Origin: Candidatus Hodarchaeota archaeon
Lineage (GTDB): Archaea > Asgardarchaeota > Heimdallarchaeia > Hodarchaeales > Hodarchaeaceae
Direction of reading: 5' to 3'
DNA length: 54,336 nt
Assembly: GCA_016839815.1 (NCBI GenBank)
Contig: JAEOTM010000070.1
Coordinates: forward strand, 1-54,336
A program made the translations under genes and the position numbers. This document shows positions 17,032 through 26,166 of this stretch, piece after piece. Under the pieces are notes generated by a model. The model saw nothing but the letters and a program-made list of their open reading frames with translations. It was not told the DNA's origin and ran no database searches. Numbering within the stretch: the stretch's first letter is position 1; each line of letters begins with the position of its first letter.

Positions 17032-18441
17032 ATGTCTGAAAAGAAACAACATACAATCGTTTTAGAGGATTACTCCTATACAAACAAAGTCGTAAAAGTC
17101 GAAATGGAGCAAAAAGATACGATACAAGGAATAATTAGTCTAATCAAAACAGCTCTTGGTCTTAAATCGGAAAAAATGCAAATCTTTTTCGGTTTGAAGA
17201 AATCTAAGTCCTTCGAAGTTCTAACCAAGAACAATTTATCGAAATTATGGGATATGACTGATGAAGGAGATGTAGTCCTCCAAATTCGTAGAAAAATTAA
17301 CTTAACAGGTTTAAGAAAGATCAGAGAAGATGTCATAGATTCAGATGTTGATCTCCCTGTATCCATCCTAAAGGTTGACAATGTTTCTGCTGAAGAAACG
17401 AAATCTCGTTTAAATAGAGTAGCATTAGAATTTCTAGATGAAATTGCAGAAGATCCTAGAAATGCTGCTTTTCGAATCCCCTCTCGGAGTTCTGAGAATG
17501 TGGGTTATGATAATAATTCCAGAATGGTTCTTCTCGGGAGTAATGTTGTAGACAGACAGTTTCGTCATTTAAGTAGTGTACAAAGTGTAGTTCAATTAAC
17601 TGGCTTGATGCGATATGTTACAGAAATACTAGCAACGGAAAAACATGCAACGAAAAGACATCTTTTCTATCGTGATGTGAACCTTTTTGGAAACCAAAGA
17701 GTTTCTGATGGATTAATTGAAGATCTGGGAGCTTTATTACGGGTATCGAGAAATTCATTGAATGTTATAGCTACAGCGAAAGGAAAAGTTATTGGAAGGC
17801 TTTCATTTACAGAAGGTGGAGATCGGATTGATTGTACTAAAGGACTAGGTGGACATGCAATTACTCCCATGCTTGATCAGGTTGGTAATTTTGATAGTGA
17901 TGCGGAATTCATGCTCGTGATTGAGAAAGATGCCGTTTTTCAAGATTTGGCTGAAGATAAGTTCTTTAATTATATTCCTTGTATTTTAATCACAGCTTCA
18001 GGACAACCTGATATGGCCACTCGTTTATTTATCAAAAAAGTTTATCAAGATTTAAGAATTCCTATTTTAGGTTTTTTGGATGCTGATCCTTACGGTTTAG
18101 ATATTTTACGTGTATATTCTATTGGGAGTAAAGCGCTCAGCTTCGAGAGTGTCGAGCTAGCTGTACCAGATATACGATGGTTAGGATTACTACCTTCTGA
18201 TATTGAAGAATATCAAATTCCAAAGTCTGTATTGATTAAAATGACAGATAACGACATTAAACGCGCTGATGATCTATTAAAGGAGGATTTTGTCAAATCA
18301 CGGCCTGAATGGGAAAAACAAATCCTTATAATGAAAAATACTAGACAAAAGGCTGAAATTCAGGCATTAGCAAGTAAAAATTGGCGGTATATGACTGGAA
18401 CATATTTACCAACTAAGATTGATTCAGCAGACTGGGTATAG
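17032..18441 (+). CDS. top6A: DNA topoisomerase VI subunit A (Spo11 family) with an N-terminal ubiquitin-like extension
   Basis: ATKRHLFY (catalytic Tyr), VIEKDAVF, GQPDMATR, DADPYG TOPRIM motifs, KAEIQAL; ~100 extra N-terminal residues. Confidence 0.95.
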   Translation: MSEKKQHTIVLEDYSYTNKVVKVEMEQKDTIQGIISLIKTALGLKSEKMQIFFGLKKSKSFEVLTKNNLSKLWDMTDEGDVVLQIRRKINLTGLRKIREDVIDSDVDLPVSILKVDNVSAEETKSRLNRVALEFLDEIAEDPRNAAFRIPSRSSENVGYDNNSRMVLLGSNVVDRQFRHLSSVQSVVQLTGLMRYVTEILATEKHATKRHLFYRDVNLFGNQRVSDGLIEDLGALLRVSRNSLNVIATAKGKVIGRLSFTEGGDRIDCTKGLGGHAITPMLDQVGNFDSDAEFMLVIEKDAVFQDLAEDKFFNYIPCILITASGQPDMATRLFIKKVYQDLRIPILGFLDADPYGLDILRVYSIGSKALSFESVELAVPDIRWLGLLPSDIEEYQIPKSVLIKMTDNDIKRADDLLKEDFVKSRPEWEKQILIMKNTRQKAEIQALASKNWRYMTGTYLPTKIDSADWV

Positions 18442-18453
18442 GTCCTTGGGCGT

Positions 18454-19122
18454 ATGTCTCCTCCTAAGTTTAACATGTTTCCCGAATTTAAGGAAAATTA
18501 TTCATACTATGCTCTTCAGAGTAATCTAGAGCTAGTAGAGAGCGTTGTTAATTTTTCTCGCGGCCAGTTTCTTAGCCCTGAGAAAATTGAGCTGATAAAG
18601 GAGAAACTTGGAAAGAAGTTAATTGGGACGAAGTTTTATCCTGGAGGATCCAGTGTATTATTTGGTTGGAGTTTTCCGTCTGAACAAGTCGGAAGATTGA
18701 TGTATAAACCATACTATAGCCGACATTTAACACAGTTGCTAATTCATTATTTTTGTATAAGTGAATTTCTAAAATCTTTCAAACTAATTGATTTAGACCC
18801 TAAACTACAGGATTATCGATTTGCTACACCGAAAGTGATCGGTATTGCTAAAATTGAAGCTTTTGAAAGGGAGTTTCCTACTTTAATTGTCGAGGAAGTC
18901 CAAGGGGATACGATAAAAGATGATCTAAATCTGATTAAAGCAATTAGCCATCTTTCAAAGAAGCTTGCGAAAACAGGTCTAATTTGTGACCCTTATTCTG
19001 CAAATTGGAAATATTACTCAAACCAAGATAAAAAACATATTTCGTACATTGATCTTTTAAGTTCAAACAAACTCAAGGATATTAATTCACGTATTTCTAA
19101 GCTAATCAAACAGTTACAATAA
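18454..19122 (+). CDS. Putative atypical protein-kinase-like (RIO/Bud32/APH-type fold) protein
   Basis: Motif order PGGSSVLF (Gly loop), LMYK (beta3 Lys), TPKVIG, LIVEEVQG (hinge), ICDPYSAN (DxxxxN catalytic loop), YIDL (DFG equivalent). Confidence 0.55.
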   Translation: MSPPKFNMFPEFKENYSYYALQSNLELVESVVNFSRGQFLSPEKIELIKEKLGKKLIGTKFYPGGSSVLFGWSFPSEQVGRLMYKPYYSRHLTQLLIHYFCISEFLKSFKLIDLDPKLQDYRFATPKVIGIAKIEAFEREFPTLIVEEVQGDTIKDDLNLIKAISHLSKKLAKTGLICDPYSANWKYYSNQDKKHISYIDLLSSNKLKDINSRISKLIKQLQ

Positions 19123-19136
19123 GCATGAAAAGAAAA

Positions 19137-19703
19137 TTAGTTTTGGTCTCGATATGAAACTGCACGTCTGATCGCAGAAGCAAAAGCCACGACTACACCT
19201 GTATTCTTTACAGCTGAAGTTGGGAAATATTGTGCATGCATTTTATCCGCAAATCTCTGTCCTATATCATCACTTACTTCCCTATTACTCTCTAAATCAA
19301 CTTTATTCCCAATAAGAACTGCTGGGCTATCAGGAATTACTTTCTTAACTTCTCTGAACCAGCTAGGAAGGGATAGGACTGTACTTTCTCTTGTGATATC
19401 AAAAACGTAAATTACAGCATGAGCTCCTTCATAAAAAAGTGGTCGAACCTTGTGAAAAGCTGGTTGTCCAGAAAGATCCCAAAAAATAGCTGTTGTTGTG
19501 CTTTTTCCTTCGCTTGGACTTGTTAGCTTAATAAAGGAGATATCAGCTCCTGCTGTCGGTTTATGTTCGAAATCACGTTTTGTGAAAACGGATACAAGCT
19601 GTGTTTTTCCAACCAATGCATCCCCTGCTACTACGATTTTATATTGACTATAATGAGGGATTTCAAATAATATATCATTAGGTGCGGACACGATAGGGAC
19701 CAC
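19137..19703 (-). CDS. Rab-like small GTPase
   Basis: GDALVGKT, PT, WDLSGQ, FYEGA, VFDIT, NKVD, TSAV. Confidence 0.93.
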   Translation of the reverse strand: MVPIVSAPNDILFEIPHYSQYKIVVAGDALVGKTQLVSVFTKRDFEHKPTAGADISFIKLTSPSEGKSTTTAIFWDLSGQPAFHKVRPLFYEGAHAVIYVFDITRESTVLSLPSWFREVKKVIPDSPAVLIGNKVDLESNREVSDDIGQRFADKMHAQYFPTSAVKNTGVVVAFASAIRRAVSYRDQN

Positions 19704-20030
19704 TCTTACATTTATTTATGAAAAGAAGATTTATTTCATTGAATTGATGATCATATGACATCTCATCTTTAAGTTTATAAGAAACTTTTCTTATTGATTG
19801 ATTCTTTATCAAGCTAAATTCATATCAAATCGTTTCAAAACCGATATGATTTCAAACTTAAATAGATAAGATTAAGGGATTTTACATGAGGGAAGAAAAA
19901 CTATCTTCTTCTTCTTGAAGGTGTTCTTTTAAATGTTTAATACAATAGTAGGTATTTTTATAGCTCGCATACAATGGTTCTTCACATTTAGAGCAAGTTT
20001 TTTTTTCACTCATTGATTAATCACCATAAT

Positions 20031-21242
20031 TTACATTTTTTTGTATTCTTCTAACGCTAAGAGGATTTTATTTATTCCTTGCTCTAATTTTTGCCTATCT
20101 GTGGTGAAACACAATCTAAAATATTGTCTATGTTCATTTAATTCTTCAATAGAGAAATAAGAGCCAGGAACGGTAACAACTCCGTAATTATACTTCAACC
20201 ATTTACAGAACTCCATAGTATTACAAGATTTCACCTTTGGGAAGAGATAAAAAGCCCCTTGAGGCTTAGAAAGCGACAGATTATCTGATTGAGAAAGTAA
20301 ATTCATGCCTAAATCACGACGGTTCTGATAGGTTTTTACTAATGCCGAAATCGAGTGTTTGAGCTGATTTTTATCTTTCAATGCAATATAAGCCGCATAT
20401 TGAGAAAGACTGTTTGCACAAATATTCATTGTATGGTGGATAACCTTAATATGGTCAATTAGTGGTGTGGGAGCAAGAATATATCCGATTCTGAATCCAC
20501 ACATGGAAAGCATTTTACTAAAACTTTGAATAATTATCGTTCGTTCTCGAGCCTCTGGAAAACTTGCTATAGATGAATATGGAACGTTATCAAAGATTAT
20601 ATCACTGTAAATCTCATCTGAAATTATTAGAAAATTGAATTTAGTAGCAAGATTAACAATTTGTTCCAAAGTCTCTTTAGGTATTATTGTTCCAGTTGGA
20701 TTACTCGGACTGATTAATAATAAGACTTTAATGGGTTGTTTTCTTAGAATTTCATGCAATCTGTTGATATCCAGATCGAAGTTATCATCTACCGTAGTTT
20801 GGAAAGGTATAATGTTGGCATGATTGTATTTTATTGCGTTAAGATACGGGGGATAACTTGGAAAAGGGACAATTACGTTGTCATTCGTGGATAAAACTGC
20901 ATTTAAAACCGCAAATATTGCGCTTTGTCCTCCAGAAGTTATTAACACTTCATTAGAAGAATAGTTTAGGTTATGAGAATCATTTTGATATTCTATTATT
21001 ACGTCCCGAAGAAATTTTTCCCCTAAAATGTTTGTATATCTAGTTAAATTCTTTTCAAGGGCTTTTGAAACAGCTTCTTTTATATACGGGGGAGTAGATA
21101 GATCTGGTTGTCCTATGTTAAGAAAAATTTGTTTATCTTCTGGTATTTTTGAATCCCATGAATTAACAAGTCGAATTCCTGAGATAGGAGTTGTTAAAGC
21201 GACAGGATTTATGAATTGATCGTACAACAAGATATATGTCAA
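20031..21242 (-). CDS. PLP-dependent aminotransferase class I/II (aspartate aminotransferase-like)
   Basis: LNIGQPD, SPSNPTG, ISDEIY, SFSKMLSMCGFRIGY (PLP lysine), PQGAFY. Confidence 0.93.
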   Translation of the reverse strand: MTYILLYDQFINPVALTTPISGIRLVNSWDSKIPEDKQIFLNIGQPDLSTPPYIKEAVSKALEKNLTRYTNILGEKFLRDVIIEYQNDSHNLNYSSNEVLITSGGQSAIFAVLNAVLSTNDNVIVPFPSYPPYLNAIKYNHANIIPFQTTVDDNFDLDINRLHEILRKQPIKVLLLISPSNPTGTIIPKETLEQIVNLATKFNFLIISDEIYSDIIFDNVPYSSIASFPEARERTIIIQSFSKMLSMCGFRIGYILAPTPLIDHIKVIHHTMNICANSLSQYAAYIALKDKNQLKHSISALVKTYQNRRDLGMNLLSQSDNLSLSKPQGAFYLFPKVKSCNTMEFCKWLKYNYGVVTVPGSYFSIEELNEHRQYFRLCFTTDRQKLEQGINKILLALEEYKKM

Positions 21243-21312
21243 TAAGTGAAGAAAAAATTAAGTCTTTTCCCTGTTCCCTATGATATAAGTAAGAAGATTC
21301 AATTGACTTGAA

Positions 21313-21984
21313 TTAATCCCAGACAATTGCATCAAGAATCTTAGAGGCAAAGTTGACCCCTAGATTGCCTAAAAAGGATAAATCCTTACCTTGTGACTGT
21401 GAACCAATCCTTAAGCATTTTTCTCGGTTTGCTATTACAATTCCATCAATGGGGTCCACCTGAACCAGGGAATTCTCTCCTTTCCGTACCGAAATCTTCT
21501 TTTTATGGATCACTACAAATTCGTTTGTTGATCCAATTAAAAACAGATTGCTTTTTCCGAAAATGATGTAATTTATATCTGAGTCTTTTTCAAACTGAAT
21601 ATTTGTAGATTTATTTGTAAGATTGTCCTTTAGCTTGCTTATTAGCTGATCTGCCTCTCTCCTTACAGTGGCGGATACCTCCGAATCAAAAATTTCTTCC
21701 TGTAAAAATTGTTTGAGAGTGGAGAGTTCTAAACCAAGAATCGCAAGGCTTGATCCAACATATTCGGTCGTTTCACCTATTGCACCATGAGATTGGGTGT
21801 AAATTATCGTGTCTACAATAATACTTACTTTTCCAACAAGAACTACCCCACTTATGCCACCGTTCCCTTTTAGTTCGATAACATTCAATTTATCAACCGA
21901 ATTTACTTGATAGTACGTTCCATCAATGATTTGGGTGGAACCTTGCCAAGAGTAAATCTGATCTCCCAGTTCAAGTGTGATCAT
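21313..21984 (-). CDS. Hypothetical beta-rich protein, probably co-transcribed with the ArsR-family regulator
   Basis: 223-aa ORF 5 bp downstream of the ArsR gene on the same strand; no motif recognised. Confidence 0.6.
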   Translation of the reverse strand: MITLELGDQIYSWQGSTQIIDGTYYQVNSVDKLNVIELKGNGGISGVVLVGKVSIIVDTIIYTQSHGAIGETTEYVGSSLAILGLELSTLKQFLQEEIFDSEVSATVRREADQLISKLKDNLTNKSTNIQFEKDSDINYIIFGKSNLFLIGSTNEFVVIHKKKISVRKGENSLVQVDPIDGIVIANREKCLRIGSQSQGKDLSFLGNLGVNFASKILDAIVWD

Positions 21985-21989
21985 TTACT

Positions 21990-22754
21990 TTACTCCTCCT
22001 CGTATTTTGCTTCTGAGTCTTCTTCATCTATTATAATTGGAACACCTACAGGTTTTCTTGCACGATGATATAAAAACTCAGCGAGTTTTAATGCTTCACG
22101 CCCTGCAAAGGTTAACATATATCTTTCTCTAACTCCTTCTTGGTGAACTAACCCTTCGTCCTTTAGGATAGTTATGTGATGTTTAAAGTTACCACCTCGA
22201 ATGTTAGTCTTTTCAGATAAATCAGATTGGCGTAATGGTTCTTTCTCAAGTTCTTTCAGCATCTGTAACCTTTTCTGATCCGATAAGGCACTGAGAAGTT
22301 CAGCTCCTCTCTGATAAAATTCCTCTAATTCTTCTTCAGGAATTGAGGTGTAATACTCGGTTTTAGCTCGTTTTTGTCGTCTCCTCCGTGGAGTTGAGGA
22401 ACCATGGAATAATGATCCAACTGATTGATCTACTGAGTCCCAGACTGATTCTAGTATACTACCAATATATCGCTCTAATGAAGAACCAATATTTTCACCC
22501 CAATCCTTCCAATCTTCATCATATCGTGATCTGCGATGTGATCGTTCCCTTCTACGAGCTTTTTTTTCAGATCTCGTTCCAGGGTCTTTGACTTGCTCAA
22601 TTTCTTCTCGAATTTCTTGAAACTCTTCCCGAATTTCTTCTTTTAAATCTCGAAAAAGATTTTTAATCTCAGAAAAGTCCCCTATATCGTCTTTGGATGG
22701 ATATTCATCGTCTTTCTCTTTCTTAAATTCATCTTCCATTACTTTTTCCTCCAT
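21990..22754 (-). CDS. ArsR-family winged-helix transcriptional regulator with long charged N-terminal region
   Basis: LLSALSDQKRLQMLKEL...PLRQSDL...GNFKHHITILKDEGLV...YMLTFAG. Confidence 0.8.
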   Translation of the reverse strand: MEEKVMEDEFKKEKDDEYPSKDDIGDFSEIKNLFRDLKEEIREEFQEIREEIEQVKDPGTRSEKKARRRERSHRRSRYDEDWKDWGENIGSSLERYIGSILESVWDSVDQSVGSLFHGSSTPRRRRQKRAKTEYYTSIPEEELEEFYQRGAELLSALSDQKRLQMLKELEKEPLRQSDLSEKTNIRGGNFKHHITILKDEGLVHQEGVRERYMLTFAGREALKLAEFLYHRARKPVGVPIIIDEEDSEAKYEEE

Positions 22755-22760
22755 ATGATT

Positions 22761-22820
22761 TATGTAAGAGGATTACATATTTACACAATAGTGTAAGAGA
22801 TTTACTATACGCTTTATATA
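22761..22820 (-). promoter_or_regulatory. Putative operator (inverted repeats) and TATA box upstream of the ArsR-family gene
   Basis: TATGTAA-N5-TTACATA perfect inverted repeat at 22761-22779, second GTAA-N5-TTAC at 22793-22805, minus-strand TATATAAA at 22813-22820. Confidence 0.55.
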
Positions 22821-22938
22821 TTCTCCTTTTTTGGCAACTTGTCAGAATCTAAATGTTACCTAGGATAATCAAATGCTGAAAAAAGAATATAATCTTAGTA
22901 AAATCCTTATAGATGAAATAATATCTATGAAAATTCCA

Positions 22939-24297
22939 CTAAAGAATTGGTGATAAGAGTAGTAGCCAAATTGTTCCAATTAACAAATGTATTAGGCCTA
23001 ATAGTCCTCCTATTTTTAAAAACAACATAAAGGAGATAGGTGAGCCCTCTCTGTTGGATAAATTTATAGCTAGTATATTTGCTGGGCTTCCTATCGGTAA
23101 AATATACCCACCAAGATTGACTGCAATTACTAATGTCCACCATTGAATAGGTCCTACAATTCCCTCTGCTTCAAGACGGGAGAATACGGGAGCAAGTGCC
23201 GCGGAAATTGGAATATTATCTACCACAGCCGATATAATCCCAATACCAAACGACATAATTGGTAAAGATATAATTAAATCCTCTTTTAGTAATGGAGTTA
23301 TAACTTCTCCTAATCTATCCAAGAGTCCCAAAATATCAATGGATCCTACGAGAATAAATAAGCCCATAATAAAATAAATTGAAATCCATTCAACATCCTC
23401 AAAAACTTCCTTTGGATGCATTCCCGAAAAAAGTAATAAGCTGGCTGCAATAAGAAGCGCAATCTCCGCAGCTTTTAAATGAATTATACTGCCAAATATA
23501 AAGCCCAGTACCAGTATTACTAATCCAATTATAACTACATAGAATGTTCTTCGATCTTCAACTAAAATACTGGGATCAAGCAGAAATATTTCATCTACTA
23601 GAATTTTAGAAGGATCAACAAAAGAATTTCGGGCAAAAAGATAGTAGACAGGGAGAGCAGTAACAAAAAGTATAATACTTAACGGACCCATCACTAAAAC
23701 GAAATCAAGAAAGCTAGCTCCACTTCTTTCCGCTAGCACTATGTTTGGGATACTACCAACTAGAGAGGATATGGAAGCAAAATTAGCCGTTATTGCCTCT
23801 ATAATTAATGTAGGACGAAAATCAAACTCCAAAATTTTATAGATCTCAACAGTTAAAGGTGCAATGATTAACATCGTTGTTATTACATCAAAAACAAAGC
23901 TGATAATAAATGTTAACAGAGATAAAGATAGTAGTAAGGTTCTAGGATTACCTCGAGTAAACCTTACAATTAAAATCGAAATGTATTGAAATAATCCTGA
24001 TTTACTTGATATAATTGTGATAATCATCATCGCAGTAATGAAAATTATAGTATTCCATTCAACTTTAGAAATGATCGCATGAAAATCAGCTACATGCAGC
24101 TCACCTTCCTCCATAAATTCCCATTCAGTTACTATAAGTAAGATTGAAAGAACACTCGCTCCAAGAAGTGCAGAAATCGGTCGATGAAGTTTTTCACTCG
24201 AAATAAGAATATAAGTTACTATGAAGATTAGGAGGCCAATTAGTTGCACTGTTTGTGCTTCCATGTAGAGTCCCTGCTTATATTCTGATATATTCAA
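22939..24297 (-). CDS. ArsB/NhaD-superfamily (SLC13/P-protein-like) ion transporter
   Basis: Many TM helices; EKLHR, VEWNTI, SLVGSIPN, VVDNIP, NLGGYILPIGSPAN motifs; real start possibly 24264. Confidence 0.88.
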   Translation of the reverse strand: MNISEYKQGLYMEAQTVQLIGLLIFIVTYILISSEKLHRPISALLGASVLSILLIVTEWEFMEEGELHVADFHAIISKVEWNTIIFITAMMIITIISSKSGLFQYISILIVRFTRGNPRTLLLSLSLLTFIISFVFDVITTMLIIAPLTVEIYKILEFDFRPTLIIEAITANFASISSLVGSIPNIVLAERSGASFLDFVLVMGPLSIILFVTALPVYYLFARNSFVDPSKILVDEIFLLDPSILVEDRRTFYVVIIGLVILVLGFIFGSIIHLKAAEIALLIAASLLLFSGMHPKEVFEDVEWISIYFIMGLFILVGSIDILGLLDRLGEVITPLLKEDLIISLPIMSFGIGIISAVVDNIPISAALAPVFSRLEAEGIVGPIQWWTLVIAVNLGGYILPIGSPANILAINLSNREGSPISFMLFLKIGGLLGLIHLLIGTIWLLLLSPIL

Positions 24298-24519
24298 TTT
24301 AAAAGTCGAGTCTATTTCCTAACAAAAAAAAATTATAGTAGGATGACATGGAAACGGAAATAAAATCGTTTTTTATATCTAGTGCTTGGAGTAATCGAAA
24401 TTAAGGTTGTGTAGGAATTTAGGAGTGGATATTAATTCAACTCATGAAATCAGAGATTTAATTTTTGTGTACCAAGTGAAGTCCCTAAGATTAGTCTTGG
24501 AAGATCACATATTCAAGTA

Positions 24520-25929
24520 TTAAGCATGAATAGGTCGGCCAAGTGCTAACAATACCGCTTCTTTTATTGCTTCATAAACCACAGGATGGGCATGTTCTAC
24601 TTTAATTATGTCCTCCGCCTTCATTCGTTTTGCAACTGCTAAAGCACCCTCTGAAATGATTTCGGTTGCAAAAGGACCAATTATATGAACTCCTACCAAT
24701 TCAGTTGTTTTGGTATCCAAAATGACTTTCACAAAACCACGGTTATGACCTGCAATAATAGCTCTACCATTACCTTGAAATGGGAACTTTCCAACTAAAA
24801 TTTCACCATACTTTTCACGTGCCTTCTCCTCAGATAATCCAACAGAGGAGACTTCGGGATTCGTGAAAATTGTACTTGGAATGGCGTGATAATTCATTTC
24901 AACGTCGTGACCGAAAGCATTTTCAACAGCCACTTCGCCTTCATGCGAAGCGGTATATGCAAGCATGGGTGAGGGAACACCTTGCACCACATCTCCTGCT
25001 GCATATATATCGGGTACATTAGTCTCCATCTTTCTATTTACGAAAATCCCTCTTTCATATTTGATACCTGCTGCTCTTAGATTTAAACCGTCTAAACAAG
25101 GAGTTCTTCCTATAGATACCAAAACGAACTCTGCATCTATATTTACTTCTTTTCCTTCTGCATCAGTAAATGTAACTCGTTTCTTTCCTCCAGGAGTATC
25201 TGAAATACGAGTCACACGAGAACTAGTATGTACTCCAATTCCGATTCTTTTAAAAGACGCTTTTAATTCCTCACCTAAGTCAGCATCTTCCATAGGGAGT
25301 AATCGCGGAAGCATTTCTACTACAGTAACTTCTGTTTCTTCGAAACATCGAAAAACACAAGCAAATTCTCCTCCTACAACTCCTCCTCCTATTACAATAA
25401 GACTTTGAGGTAGATTCCCAATTTCAAGCATTTCTTTACTTGTTAATACCTTAGCACCATCAATTCCAGGAATTGGTACAAAAAAGGGTTTACTTCCCGT
25501 AGCAATTAGTGTTTTTTTGGTAGTAATCCTATAATTCTTCTCTAATGAAGAAACTGAAATTGTGTGAGCATCTATGAAACTTCCTTCACCAATCAATACT
25601 CGAATATTGTTTTTCTTCAGAAGAAAATTGACACCTCTGACGAGACGTTTAACAATCATTATTTTTCTCTTAATAATACTTGGAAAGTCAACACCTAAGT
25701 ACTCGGACTTAAGTCCGAATCGTGCCATCTCTCGTAACGATTTGCAGTGTTTTGCAGACTCTACAAACACTTTAGTGGGGATACATCCTCGATTTAGACA
25801 GGTGCCTCCAATTTGACCTTTTTCAATCAAGACAACATTAGCTCCAAGCTGAGCTGCTCGGATGGCTGCGACATAACCCGCAGGACCTCCTCCTATAATT
25901 GTAATATCGGTAGCAATTTCTTCTTCCAT
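24520..25929 (-). CDS. lpdA: Dihydrolipoamide dehydrogenase
   Basis: IGGGPAGY, GGTCLNRGCIP redox disulfide, ATGS, IGGGVVGGE, YAAGD, HAHPxxxE. Confidence 0.93.
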   Translation of the reverse strand: MEEEIATDITIIGGGPAGYVAAIRAAQLGANVVLIEKGQIGGTCLNRGCIPTKVFVESAKHCKSLREMARFGLKSEYLGVDFPSIIKRKIMIVKRLVRGVNFLLKKNNIRVLIGEGSFIDAHTISVSSLEKNYRITTKKTLIATGSKPFFVPIPGIDGAKVLTSKEMLEIGNLPQSLIVIGGGVVGGEFACVFRCFEETEVTVVEMLPRLLPMEDADLGEELKASFKRIGIGVHTSSRVTRISDTPGGKKRVTFTDAEGKEVNIDAEFVLVSIGRTPCLDGLNLRAAGIKYERGIFVNRKMETNVPDIYAAGDVVQGVPSPMLAYTASHEGEVAVENAFGHDVEMNYHAIPSTIFTNPEVSSVGLSEEKAREKYGEILVGKFPFQGNGRAIIAGHNRGFVKVILDTKTTELVGVHIIGPFATEIISEGALAVAKRMKAEDIIKVEHAHPVVYEAIKEAVLLALGRPIHA

Positions 25930-26166
25930 GTACTATCCTCTCTACATAGATTACTGTTGGAAAGCTTCAAATCGTTTTCATTTAAATTAATTCTTTAGTT
26001 GCATTGTATCAATTCCCTCTCCCATGTAATTTTAAACAAATTCCGTTAGACTAATGGAAAATTTTGTCAGAGAAATTTTGGAGATAAAGATTCTCAATTC
26101 TATAAAAGAAGAATGGAATTTTACTGGAAAGACAAAGATTAGATGTCTTTCAAATTTAATACTGAA

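Noticed and set aside
8344-17870. Numerous 60-130 aa minus-strand ORFs inside gyrA/top6B/top6A
   Set aside because: Antisense shadows of strongly supported genes, with no motifs.
24520-25929. lpdA as a recent horizontal acquisition (locally higher GC, no E1/E2 neighbours)
   Set aside because: By eye its GC is similar to the por genes, no mobility signatures flank it, and stand-alone lpdA is common in archaea.
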